A stretch of DNA of 64,000 nt from Thermodesulfobacteriota bacterium. GTDB lineage: Bacteria; Desulfobacterota_D; UBA1144; Nemesobacterales; Mycalebacteriaceae. The stretch covers positions 224,001 through 288,000 of the forward strand of contig OZ245366.1 in the NCBI GenBank assembly GCA_965226585.1, read 5' to 3'. A model generated the notes under the pieces. The model made no database searches. It saw only the letters and a program-made list of their open reading frames with translations, and was not told the DNA's origin. The position numbers were made by a program, and so were the translations under genes. This document shows, piece after piece, positions 8,608-17,787 of the stretch; positions within the stretch are counted from its first letter, which is position 1; each line of letters begins with the position of its first letter.

Positions 8608-10176
8608 TCAGAGAGGAATGTTTCCGTGCTTCCTCGGCAGGTTTGTTTTTCTTTTTCCTTCAAGCGTTTTGAACGCCCGGACAACGTTTTTTCTCGTTTC
8701 CCCCGGCATTATTATCCGGTCTATAAATCCAAGCTCCGCCGCCCTGTAAGGGTTGGCAAAGTTCTTTTTGTATTCCTCAGTCAGTTTGACCCTCTCGGCG
8801 TCCGGGTCTTTCGCTTCGGCAATCTGAGAGCGGGAGATGATGTTGACCGCCCCTTCCGAACCCATAACGGCTATCTCCGCGCCGGGATATGAAAGGTTGA
8901 TGTCTCCCCTTATGTGTTTTGACGACATAACGTCATACGCGCCGCCGTAGGCTTTTCTTGTGATAACGGTAACCCTTGGAACGGTCGCCTCGCAGTAGGC
9001 GTAAAGCAGTTTCGCCCCGTGTGTGATGATGCCTCCCCACTCCTGGTTTGTTCCCGGAAGAAAGCCCGGAACATCAACCAGCGTGAGAAGCGGAATGTTG
9101 AAGCAGTCGCAAAATCTTACAAAACGCGCCGCTTTTACCGAAGCGTCTATATCCAGACACCCGGCAAGCACCATCGGCTGATTGCCCACAACGCCAACCA
9201 CTTTGCCGTCCAGGCGGGCGAATCCTATAACCATGTTCTCGCCGTAATGCTCGTGAATCTCAAAAAATCTGGCGTCATCAATTATCCGCTTTATAACCTC
9301 TTTCATATCGTAGGGTTTGTTGGGATTGTCCGGAATCATGTCCGCTATCTCGCCCGTCTCGCGGTCTGCGGGGTCGTCACTTTCCTGCCGGGGCGGGTCT
9401 TCCATGTTGTTTGAGGGCAGAAAAGAGAGAAGTTCCTTGATTGTTTCAATGGATTCTTCATCGGTTGCCGAGGCGAAATGGGCGACACCGCTTTTTGAGT
9501 TGTGAACCACCGCGCCGCCGAGGTCTTCTGAGGTTACATCTTCATGCGTAACGGCTTTTATAACGTCTGGCCCGGTGATGAACATATAACTCGTGTCTTT
9601 TGACATAAAGATAAAGTCCGTCATTGCGGGGGAATACACCGCGCCGCCGGCGCAGGGACCCATAATTGCCGAGATTTGAGGAACAACGCCGGAGGCGAGC
9701 ACATTTCTCTGAAATATCTCCCCGTATCCGGCAAGGCTTTCCACGCCTTCCTGTATTCTTGCACCGCCTGAATCGTTGAGCCCTATCACCGGAGAGCCGG
9801 TTTCAAGAGCCATATCCATCACTTTGCATATTTTTTTGCCGTGAACCATGCCGAGCGAGCCGCCGAACACGGTAAAATCCTGCGCGAAAACAAAAACCTG
9901 CCGTCCGTTCACGGTTCCGCAACCGGTGATAACTCCGTCTCCGAGGAACTTTTTATCCTCCATTCCGAAGTCTTTGCATCTGTGGACGACAAACTTGTCG
10001 AATTCTTCAAAGCTGTCTTTATCGAGAAGAATGTTTATGCGTTCTCTCGCGGTGAGTTTGCCGTTTTCGTGCTGGCGTTCCACCCGCGCCTTTCCGCCGC
10101 CGAGTTCCGCTTCTTTCTCCTTTTTCTTCAAGAGTTGAACGTTCTCTTTGGCGTTTTTGCTCTCTTTTTCAGTCAT
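8608..10176 (-). CDS. pccB: Acyl-CoA (propionyl-CoA-type) carboxylase, carboxyltransferase subunit
   Basis: [31 protein letters not shown] and RKHGNIPL. Start MTEKE at 10176. Confidence 0.92.
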   Translation of the reverse strand: MTEKESKNAKENVQLLKKKEKEAELGGGKARVERQHENGKLTARERINILLDKDSFEEFDKFVVHRCKDFGMEDKKFLGDGVITGCGTVNGRQVFVFAQDFTVFGGSLGMVHGKKICKVMDMALETGSPVIGLNDSGGARIQEGVESLAGYGEIFQRNVLASGVVPQISAIMGPCAGGAVYSPAMTDFIFMSKDTSYMFITGPDVIKAVTHEDVTSEDLGGAVVHNSKSGVAHFASATDEESIETIKELLSFLPSNNMEDPPRQESDDPADRETGEIADMIPDNPNKPYDMKEVIKRIIDDARFFEIHEHYGENMVIGFARLDGKVVGVVGNQPMVLAGCLDIDASVKAARFVRFCDCFNIPLLTLVDVPGFLPGTNQEWGGIITHGAKLLYAYCEATVPRVTVITRKAYGGAYDVMSSKHIRGDINLSYPGAEIAVMGSEGAVNIISRSQIAEAKDPDAERVKLTEEYKKNFANPYRAAELGFIDRIIMPGETRKNVVRAFKTLEGKRKTNLPRKHGNIPL

Positions 10177-10323
10177 TTTGTGAAGTTCCGCCTGCGGAAA
10201 ATTACAGGGTCTGACTATACCGAAATGTGGAGATACCCGCAAGCGGGAGAGGAAAGTTTGAATCGATACTGTGAAGGGTATAGGGTTACAGAACGAACAA
10301 TCTCGAAAAAGGAAGGAAATAAA

Positions 10324-10752
10324 TTGGGAAGTATCATTGTTGTATTTTTTGCCCTTGGGTTGGTTGTAGCGATTTTGGGGGCAATAGGTTGGCATTTGTT
10401 GCTTTTTTTAGGAATGGCTGCCGTGGCAATCGTCCTCATTTTGGCTGTGGAGGAGTTTGACGGGAAGAAATACGGTCTTCTTATTCTTGGCGGGGTAATT
10501 GTGGTGTTTGGTGGAGTGTTAATTGTGGCTTTGGGAAGTGACTCTGATGGGACGCAACAGCGTGATGTGGCACAACAACGGGTAACCCAGACGCAAAGTC
10601 GTTATGAAACAACGGGCAGAAGAAAAAATTGTGATGACCATTGCAGACGTGAATGCAATGCAGTTCGTCGAATTGAAAAGAAATTCGGTAGATCTTTTTC
10701 AAGTTCCATGTGGAGAGGGTGTTTTGATGCCTGTAAAAAAACTTGCTATTAA
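10324..10752 (+). CDS. Hypothetical membrane protein with about three TM helices and a Cys-rich C-terminal domain
   Basis: AGGAAGG RBS before TTG 10324. Hydrophobic segments followed by CxxxCxxxC...CxxxCxxxC. Confidence 0.6.
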   Translation: MGSIIVVFFALGLVVAILGAIGWHLLLFLGMAAVAIVLILAVEEFDGKKYGLLILGGVIVVFGGVLIVALGSDSDGTQQRDVAQQRVTQTQSRYETTGRRKNCDDHCRRECNAVRRIEKKFGRSFSSSMWRGCFDACKKTCY

Positions 10753-12788
10753 AAATCTCTAGAATCGCTTTCGCCTCTCCAATCGGAAAAACCCTCCCAC
10801 AACTTTTCAACTTTCTCTCTCAACTCTTCCACACCCCCCGAATTATCAATCACAAAATCTGGATTGACTCTGCCCCGTCCCGATTGGGAGTCAAGTCGTT
10901 TTCGCACCTCGTCAGAGGAAAACCCATCTCTTTTTGCCGCCCTTTCAAACTTCACTTTCTCATCTGCTTCAACAAGAACAAGAATGTCCACAAATCTGCC
11001 CACACCCTTTGAGCGTGAAAGCAGAGCCGCTTCTATCACAACTACCTTCGCACCGCCGGCAGACTCCTCGCCCACACGCCTGACTACCTCGTCTCTTATC
11101 GCTGGATGCGTTATCCGTTCAAGAACCTTCCGCTTTTCCGGGTCGGAAAAAACCGTGTCGCCAAGTTTTGCCCTGTCTATGGAGCCACCGGAATCAAGAA
11201 CACCGTTGCCGAAAGCGAGGACTATCTTTTCAAACACAGGCGTTCCGGGAACGGAAACCGCACGCGAAACTTCATCTGCGTCTATTATCTTCGCTCCAAG
11301 TTCCCCCAAAATCTGAGCGACCGTGGATTTGCCTGAACACAAATTGCCGCAAATTCCGATTACTCTAACCTTCCGTCTCTCCTCTCGTTTTTTTATAACG
11401 TTTATGGACTGCTTAATCCGTGCGATGCTTTCATCCCTTTTTAATCCGGCAACAACTTCAAAAATCCCGGGGCTTTGCGCACTTCGAGTCAGAGCAGCAC
11501 GTAGGGGTTGAGCGATATGTTTCAGTTTCATTTCCTTCTCTTCGGCAAAAGAAGTCAGAATTGATTTAACTCTCTCCTCGTTAAAACCTTCTTCTCCTTC
11601 ACGTTCAAATTTGAGCAATAGTTGCTCAAGAACATAAAGGGAGTTTTCATTGACTAAATTCTTCTCTACCGCTCTTGAAAGAGGTCCTCTCTTCCTTCGA
11701 AACAAAAACAAACTTTTTTCCGCCATCTCAACAACCGTCTCCGCCCGCTCTTTCATCAATTCATACGCCTTTTCCGCATCTTCCTGAGACACATTAAAAC
11801 CTTTTTCCTTCAACACATCGCGCAGAGGCTTTACCACATCGCACTTTCCATCGCGTATGTGAACGCCGTTCACCCACCGCATTTTTTCCTCGTCAAAGTT
11901 GGACGGAGACGTTCCGAGACCCTTTATGTCAAACTTCTCCACAAGTTCTGAAAGCGTAAAAATTTCATCATCACCGTGCGACCAGCCGAGCCGCGCTATG
12001 TAGTTTGCGAGCGCGGACGGAAGAAAACCCTTTTCACGAAACGCCGAAACAGACACCGCGCCGTGCCGCTTGCTCAGTTTTGTTCCGTCCGGGGCAAGAA
12101 TCACGGGGAGATGGACAAAAGACGGCGGCGTAAAATTGAGGGCTTTTTGAAGCAATATCTGCTTGGGAGTGTTCACAAGATGCTCGTCTCCCCTTATCAC
12201 ATGCGTTATCTCCGTAAGCGCGTCATCTATGGCGGAGGCGAAATTGTATGTCGGCATTCCGTCTGAACGGATGATGACAAAATCCTCCACATCTTCTGCG
12301 GGAAAACTCATTCCGCCCCTTAGCAGGTCGGTAAAGTTTACGCCATCTGCCCCTGTCTGCGGAACGGCAAAACGCACGGCAAACGGCGCGCCTTCTTTTT
12401 TTCCGCGCTCCGCCCACTCTCTTTTATAGCGGAAATGTCCGCCCGCGCTTTCAGCGGCTTTCTTCTCGCTTTCAAGGTCTTCGGGCGTCATCCAGCACTT
12501 GAACGCCGCGCCTGAGGTGAGCAGTTTTTCTGAGAATTCGTTGTAAATCTTCAGCCGCCCGGACTGGCGCAGAGGTTCGGTTTCGCATTCAATTCCCAGC
12601 CATTTCAGGGATTCAACTATCTCCGAGAGAGATTTAGAGGTTGAGCGTTCGGTGTCTGTGTCCTCTATTCTGAGAACAAACTTGCCCCCGTTGCGGCAGG
12701 CGTAAAGCCAGTTGAAAAGGGCGGTTCTTGCTCCGCCGATATGGAGCGAACCGGTCGGGCTTGGGGCGAATCTTGTTTTTACGCTCAT
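10749..12788 (-). CDS. gltX: Glutamyl-tRNA synthetase fused to C-terminal dephospho-CoA kinase (GltX-CoaE)
   Basis: RFAPSPTGSLHIG, HVIRGDEH and KLSKR, then in the same frame VIGICGNLCSGKST, IIDAD, IDRAKLG and LERITHP (CoaE). Confidence 0.92.
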   Translation of the reverse strand: MSVKTRFAPSPTGSLHIGGARTALFNWLYACRNGGKFVLRIEDTDTERSTSKSLSEIVESLKWLGIECETEPLRQSGRLKIYNEFSEKLLTSGAAFKCWMTPEDLESEKKAAESAGGHFRYKREWAERGKKEGAPFAVRFAVPQTGADGVNFTDLLRGGMSFPAEDVEDFVIIRSDGMPTYNFASAIDDALTEITHVIRGDEHLVNTPKQILLQKALNFTPPSFVHLPVILAPDGTKLSKRHGAVSVSAFREKGFLPSALANYIARLGWSHGDDEIFTLSELVEKFDIKGLGTSPSNFDEEKMRWVNGVHIRDGKCDVVKPLRDVLKEKGFNVSQEDAEKAYELMKERAETVVEMAEKSLFLFRRKRGPLSRAVEKNLVNENSLYVLEQLLLKFEREGEEGFNEERVKSILTSFAEEKEMKLKHIAQPLRAALTRSAQSPGIFEVVAGLKRDESIARIKQSINVIKKREERRKVRVIGICGNLCSGKSTVAQILGELGAKIIDADEVSRAVSVPGTPVFEKIVLAFGNGVLDSGGSIDRAKLGDTVFSDPEKRKVLERITHPAIRDEVVRRVGEESAGGAKVVVIEAALLSRSKGVGRFVDILVLVEADEKVKFERAAKRDGFSSDEVRKRLDSQSGRGRVNPDFVIDNSGGVEELREKVEKLWEGFSDWRGESDSRDF

Positions 12789-13036
12789 CAGGCGCTGTCA
12801 AGACCGCCTTTGCGGGCAAGATCCTCCAGTTCGTTAAAGCCCCCGATGAGTTCGCCGTTTTTGAGAATCAGCGGAACCGTTCTCCAGTTGTGTTTTTCAG
12901 ACAGTTTGACCCGTTCTTCGGGGTTTTGCGTGAGGTCTATCTCCTCGTATTCAACGCCTTTCCCTGAAAGCATCGCTTTCGCGGCGTTGCAGTAAGGGCA
13001 GGTTTTTGTGGTGTAGATTGTGTAACCGGCGGACAT
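12788..13036 (-). CDS. Glutaredoxin (GrxC-like)
   Basis: CPYC, TVP and IGG motifs. Start MSAG at 13036. Confidence 0.9.
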   Translation of the reverse strand: MSAGYTIYTTKTCPYCNAAKAMLSGKGVEYEEIDLTQNPEERVKLSEKHNWRTVPLILKNGELIGGFNELEDLARKGGLDSA

Positions 13037-13109
13037 TTTCACTCTCCAAATCAGCAATGAAGCAAATATACTTGGCTTTGCGCAAGCGTGAAAGTATGCT
13101 GTTGGTCTT

Positions 13110-13586
13110 GTGGCGAAAAAATTCAGAAATGCGGCGAGTTTCGGAAAAAGAATAGAGTTCTGGATTATCGGCGAGATGATGAAAGAAGGTCTGGATGTTT
13201 ATGTTCCCCTTGTTGACGATATGGGAATTGACGCAGTTGTAAGACAGTCGGAAGGAAAGTTCATTGAAGTTCAAATCAAAGCAAGGTCAAAGGACGTAAT
13301 ACCCGGAGATGCCGCGCTGTTTGCGTCTATAAGACACGAACACAGGGAAAACTATTGGTTTGTCTTTTACTCGGAAGGAATGGATACCAAATGGATTATG
13401 AGTTCAGAAGAGTTTATAGAGGAAGCAAACCAAAATAATACGGGGAAAAATAAAGGGAAACGCAGTATATGGTTTAACGGAAAAAGGAAGAATAGAGAAA
13501 CGGGGAAATACAGCTACCACATTAAACCGCAATTTGAGAAATATGTTGCGGTGGACTTCGGGAGATTGAAAGACGACACAAAATGA
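13110..13586 (+). CDS. PD-(D/E)XK restriction-endonuclease-fold protein
   Basis: E...GIDAVV...IEVQIKAR pattern. AT-richer than neighbouring genes. Confidence 0.7.
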   Translation: MAKKFRNAASFGKRIEFWIIGEMMKEGLDVYVPLVDDMGIDAVVRQSEGKFIEVQIKARSKDVIPGDAALFASIRHEHRENYWFVFYSEGMDTKWIMSSEEFIEEANQNNTGKNKGKRSIWFNGKRKNRETGKYSYHIKPQFEKYVAVDFGRLKDDTK

Positions 13587-14722
13587 CCGAACAGTTCAAA
13601 AAACTCTCTCCTCCTGAGCGGATTCTTATGGGACCCGGTCCCAGCAATGTCAGCAAGGCGGTTTATGACGCGCTCGCGACTCCGATTATTGGGCATCTTG
13701 ACCCTGATTTTCTCACGATAATGGACGAAATCGGCGCAATGCTGAGAGAGGTTTTTCAAACCCGCAACAGACTCACAATCCCAATGTCCGGCACGGGAAG
13801 TTCGGGAATGGAAACGGCTTTTGTGAACATAATTGAACCCGGAGACACCGTTGTTATCGGGGTGAACGGGGTTTTCGGCGAAAGAATGTGCGATGTGGCT
13901 TCTCGTTGCGGCGCAAAAACCGTTCGGGTGGAAGCGAACTGGGGAGACATAGTTGAGCCGGACGCCTTTATCAGCGCGCTTAAAGAAAACCCCGGAGCAA
14001 AAGCGGCGGCGGTTGTTCACGCGGAAACCTCTACCGGCGCGCTTCAGCCGCTTGAAGAGATTGGCGCGCACACGGCGCAAACAGATACGCTTTTTGTTGT
14101 GGACGCCGTTACCTCGCTTGCAGGATGCGACCTGAAAATTGACGGCTGGAATGTGGACGTGTGTTACAGCGGAACACAGAAATGCCTGAGCGTGCCGCCC
14201 GGCATATCGCCCGTAACCTTCAGCGAAAAAGCGGAAAAAACACTCGCAGGCAAAAAAAGCAAGGTTCAAAGCTGGTATCTCGACCTCGGAATGATATGCA
14301 AATACTGGGGAAGCGAGCGGGTTTATCACCACACCGCCCCCGTTTCCATGCTTTTCGCCCTGCGCGAGGGACTGCGCGTTATCCTTGAAGAAGGGCTTGA
14401 AAACCGCTTTGAAAGACACCGCAAACTTGGAAACCTTCTCTCATCAAAACTCGCGGAACTCGGCTTCAAACCCTTCGCGCGCGAGGGCTATCGCCTTCCC
14501 ATGCTGGCTTCGGTGATTCTGCCGGACGGACTTCCTGACGCGGAAACGAGAAAACACCTGCTCAAAGACCGCAAAATAGAGGTGGGACCCGGGCTCGGGG
14601 AAACCAAAGGCAAGATCTGGAGAGTGGGGCTTATGGGAGAGAGCTGCACGGAGGAAAATGTGGAGGCTCTTTCCTCCGCGCTTAAAGAGATAACGGCGGC
14701 GGACGGGCGCGGCGCGGGTTGA
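13583..14722 (+). CDS. Class V aminotransferase (alanine-glyoxylate / serine-pyruvate type)
   Basis: LMGPGPSNV, HAETSTG, VVDAVTSL, SGTQKCL and YHHTAP. Confidence 0.9.
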   Translation: MTEQFKKLSPPERILMGPGPSNVSKAVYDALATPIIGHLDPDFLTIMDEIGAMLREVFQTRNRLTIPMSGTGSSGMETAFVNIIEPGDTVVIGVNGVFGERMCDVASRCGAKTVRVEANWGDIVEPDAFISALKENPGAKAAAVVHAETSTGALQPLEEIGAHTAQTDTLFVVDAVTSLAGCDLKIDGWNVDVCYSGTQKCLSVPPGISPVTFSEKAEKTLAGKKSKVQSWYLDLGMICKYWGSERVYHHTAPVSMLFALREGLRVILEEGLENRFERHRKLGNLLSSKLAELGFKPFAREGYRLPMLASVILPDGLPDAETRKHLLKDRKIEVGPGLGETKGKIWRVGLMGESCTEENVEALSSALKEITAADGRGAG

Positions 14723-14746
14723 CTTGTTTCCCCCTTTCGTTATAAT
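14719..14746 (+). promoter_or_regulatory. Putative sigma70 promoter of rplM-rpsI
   Basis: TTGACT, 16-bp spacer, TATAAT. Confidence 0.55.
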
Positions 14747-14764
14747 CGCAACCCTGTAATTGCG

Positions 14765-15193
14765 ATGAAAACTTACATTGAAAAATCTGACGGACGCGAC
14801 AGGCAGTGGCAGATTGTTGATGCCGACGGGAAGACTCTCGGACGGCTCGCAACAAGGCTCGCCACCATGCTCAGAGGCAAAGATAAACCCAGTTTCACAC
14901 CGCACGCAGACACGGGAGATTTTGTTGTGGTTGTGAACGCCGAGAAAGTGCATCTGACCGGCAACAAACTCAGAGACAAAATGTATTACAGCCACAGCGG
15001 CTATCCGGGAGGGCTCAAGAACGTTTCCGCGGAAACTCTTGCCGTGGAAAACCCCGAAGAACTTGTCAGAAAAGCCGTGTGGGGAATGCTTCCGAAAAAC
15101 AAAACGCAAAAGAAACTGATAAACAGACTGAAGGTTTACGCAGGCGGCGAGCATCCGCACGCGGCGCAAAACCCTAAGGCGAGGCAAGTTTAA
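14765..15193 (+). CDS. rplM: 50S ribosomal protein L13
   Basis: [28 protein letters not shown] and GMLPKN. Confidence 0.97.
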   Translation: MKTYIEKSDGRDRQWQIVDADGKTLGRLATRLATMLRGKDKPSFTPHADTGDFVVVVNAEKVHLTGNKLRDKMYYSHSGYPGGLKNVSAETLAVENPEELVRKAVWGMLPKNKTQKKLINRLKVYAGGEHPHAAQNPKARQV

Positions 15194-15207
15194 CCCCCGG
15201 AGAACCA

Positions 15208-15609
15208 ATGGCTGAAGCACAAACAGATATTTTTAACGGAACGGGACGGAGAAAAAACTCTGTCGCCTCGGTGTGGGTAAAACCCGGAACCGGAAAAATC
15301 ACCATCAACAAAAGAGACTTCAAACAGTATTTTCCGCGTGAAACGTGGCAGATAAAGGTGAGCGAACCTCTATCCATAACCAACTCTGCGGGAAAGTTTG
15401 ACATCAACGTAAACGTAAGAGGCGGCGGATTGACCGGACAGGCGGGCTCGGTAAGCCACGGACTTTCCAGAGCACTTCTGAAATATGACGAAACCTTGAG
15501 GAAGAAATTGAAAGGAGCCGGCCTTCTCCGGCGCGACTCGCGAATGGTGGAGAGCAAAAAGTACGGCCGCAAAAAGGCGCGGCGCGGACAGCAGTTCTCC
15601 AAGAGGTAA
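15208..15609 (+). CDS. rpsI: 30S ribosomal protein S9
   Basis: [14 protein letters not shown] and C-terminal [15 protein letters not shown]. Confidence 0.97.
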   Translation: MAEAQTDIFNGTGRRKNSVASVWVKPGTGKITINKRDFKQYFPRETWQIKVSEPLSITNSAGKFDINVNVRGGGLTGQAGSVSHGLSRALLKYDETLRKKLKGAGLLRRDSRMVESKKYGRKKARRGQQFSKR

Positions 15610-15615
15610 TCCTTT

Positions 15616-16959
15616 TTGCCCACAGGAAAGAAGCAAAAACGCGCCAAAGGAAAGAGCATTGCTCCTGCCGAAGGCAAGCTTGGCGTTCTTCTTCCCGGCA
15701 TCAGCGGGGCGGTAAGCACAACTTTTATAGCCGGAGTTGAGTCCTTCAACAAAGGCGAAGGCAGACCGGTCGGCTCCCTGACCCAGATGGGAACCATACG
15801 GATCGGCAAAAGAACGGACGGCAAAAGCCCGGGGATTAAAGAACTCTTCCCGCTTGCGGATTGCAAAGACCTTGTTTTCGGCGGGTGGGATATTGCCGCC
15901 GAAACCTGCTATGACGCGGCGGCAAGGGCGGGAGTGCTGAACCATTCAACGCTTGACAAAGTCAGAGAGGAAATAGACGCGATAACGCCCATGAAAGCGG
16001 TGTTCAGCAGAAAATATGTGAAAAACCTTTCCGGTTCCCATGTGAAAAAAGGCAAAACAAAGATGGATTTTGCCACACAGCTGATTGACGACATAGCGGA
16101 TTTCAAAAAGCGCAACGGACTGAAACGCGCAGTGATGGTGTGGTGCGGAAGCACTGAAACGCACATAAAGCCGCAGGCGGTTCACGGCAGTATAGAGAAG
16201 TTTGAACGCGGAATGAAAGCAAATCACGCGGGCATCGCGCCGAGCATGATTTATGCCTACGCCGCCATAAAATCGGGAGTGCCGTACGCAAACGGCGCGC
16301 CGAATCTTTCGGCGGACATTCCCGCCCTTGTTTCTCTGGCGAAAAAACACAGGGTTCCCATATGCGGCAAAGACTTCAAAACCGGGCAGACGCTTATGAA
16401 AACCATCATCGCTCCGGGGCTGAAAGCCAGAATGCTGGGGCTGAACGGTTGGTTTTCAACAAACATTCTCGGCAACCGAGACGGCGAAGTGCTTGACGAC
16501 CCCTCATCTTTCAAAACGAAAGAGGAGAGCAAATTGAGCGTGCTTGAGTACATACTTCAGCCCAAACTTCACCCCGAACTTTACTCGGACTACTACCACA
16601 AGGTGAGAATCAACTACTACCCGCCGAGGGGAGACGAAAAAGAGGCGTGGGACAACATAGACATTTTCGGGTGGCTGGACTATCCGATGCAGATGAAGAT
16701 CAACTTCCTCTGCCGCGACAGCATACTCGCCGCCCCGGTGGTGCTTGACCTTGTGATGTTCCTTGACCTCGCCAAAAGAGCCGGAATGAGCGGCATACAG
16801 GAATGGCTTTCGTTCTACTTCAAAAGCCCCATGGTGGGCGCGGGGCTTTACCCTGAACACGATGTTTTCATCCAGTTGACCAAACTGAAAAACACCCTGC
16901 GGCACATCGCGGGCGAAGAGCAGATAACCCATCTGGGTCTTGAATACTACGAGAAATAG
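15616..16959 (+). CDS. ino1: myo-Inositol-1-phosphate synthase
   Basis: FGGWD, GKDFKTGQT, NILGNRDG and CRDSILAAP. Confidence 0.9.
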   Translation: MPTGKKQKRAKGKSIAPAEGKLGVLLPGISGAVSTTFIAGVESFNKGEGRPVGSLTQMGTIRIGKRTDGKSPGIKELFPLADCKDLVFGGWDIAAETCYDAAARAGVLNHSTLDKVREEIDAITPMKAVFSRKYVKNLSGSHVKKGKTKMDFATQLIDDIADFKKRNGLKRAVMVWCGSTETHIKPQAVHGSIEKFERGMKANHAGIAPSMIYAYAAIKSGVPYANGAPNLSADIPALVSLAKKHRVPICGKDFKTGQTLMKTIIAPGLKARMLGLNGWFSTNILGNRDGEVLDDPSSFKTKEESKLSVLEYILQPKLHPELYSDYYHKVRINYYPPRGDEKEAWDNIDIFGWLDYPMQMKINFLCRDSILAAPVVLDLVMFLDLAKRAGMSGIQEWLSFYFKSPMVGAGLYPEHDVFIQLTKLKNTLRHIAGEEQITHLGLEYYEK

Positions 16960-16995
16960 ACACGCCGCCCCTTTCCTCTTGCGCGGACGCTGATA

Positions 16996-17688
16996 TTAGA
17001 AAGTTGTTATAACCGCCACGCCTAGGCGCAAAGTTTTGTGGGGACCTATGTGGGCGCCGAGATTTGTGTGGGGCAGGATGCCGAAGGTTGCATACGGCGC
17101 GAACCACAGTTTGCTCAGGAAACTGTCGGGATTGTCCGCCGCGCGAAACGCCACTTTGAGTTGTGTGTAAACACCGCTGAATGAGTGGCCGCCGTGGTTG
17201 TCATACACATAGGTAAAACCCGGAAACACAGACAGTCTTTTTCCCGACTTAATCTCAATTCCCATATCGGCTGATATCTGCGCCCCGTCCAGAGCCCCGC
17301 CGTCTTTTACATAAGACGTGTTCACCCTTACGTACGGGTCTGCCTGCCTGTCCGGGAGAAAGTGATAAAGCGCGCCCCAGCCAACTTTGAAATATCTGGG
17401 GCTGTCTGATGACTTTTTATCCTGTTTAAGCTGATATATCCCTCCAAACTCCACGCTGAGGTTTGGAATGAAGCTTTTGAAGGTCAGATACTGGTTGGAA
17501 AGTATGTCATTGTGGTTGCCGCTTTCATTCCCTGTCTGCCTCTCCTCACCGTACACGATTGAGTAGTAGGCGTCTGAGGTGTAGTAGACATTGCTGTTGA
17601 GGATGCCGCTGTGATATGTCTGCGCGCTTGCGGAAGAAACCGCAAGAATCAGACACGCAAAAACGCTGAAGGCTGAAATTCGATTCAT
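16996..17688 (-). CDS. Outer-membrane beta-barrel protein (paralog of 25811..26479)
   Basis: Signal peptide ending ASA, alternating aromatic strands, DPYV, and C-terminal Phe. Confidence 0.7.
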   Translation of the reverse strand: MNRISAFSVFACLILAVSSASAQTYHSGILNSNVYYTSDAYYSIVYGEERQTGNESGNHNDILSNQYLTFKSFIPNLSVEFGGIYQLKQDKKSSDSPRYFKVGWGALYHFLPDRQADPYVRVNTSYVKDGGALDGAQISADMGIEIKSGKRLSVFPGFTYVYDNHGGHSFSGVYTQLKVAFRAADNPDSFLSKLWFAPYATFGILPHTNLGAHIGPHKTLRLGVAVITTF

Positions 17689-17787
17689 GCGGAAATTCTC
17701 GTCAAAACGGGGTTATTGTTCCCGACAGCAGTAGGGAAATCAAAGGAATAATAGAAGCGGAGGTTTCCATTGAGACGGCTGGCTGGT

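Noticed and set aside
9841..10395. Long N-terminal extensions of ORFs 9841..10752 (+) and 8608..10395 (-)
   Set aside because: They overlap each other on opposite strands. Family similarity and RBS position support starts at 10324 and 10176.
15330..15345. Degenerate parS-like sequence in rpsI (also TCCCACGTGGGA near 57640)
   Set aside because: There are several mismatches to the consensus while perfect sites exist elsewhere, so it is compatible with chance.
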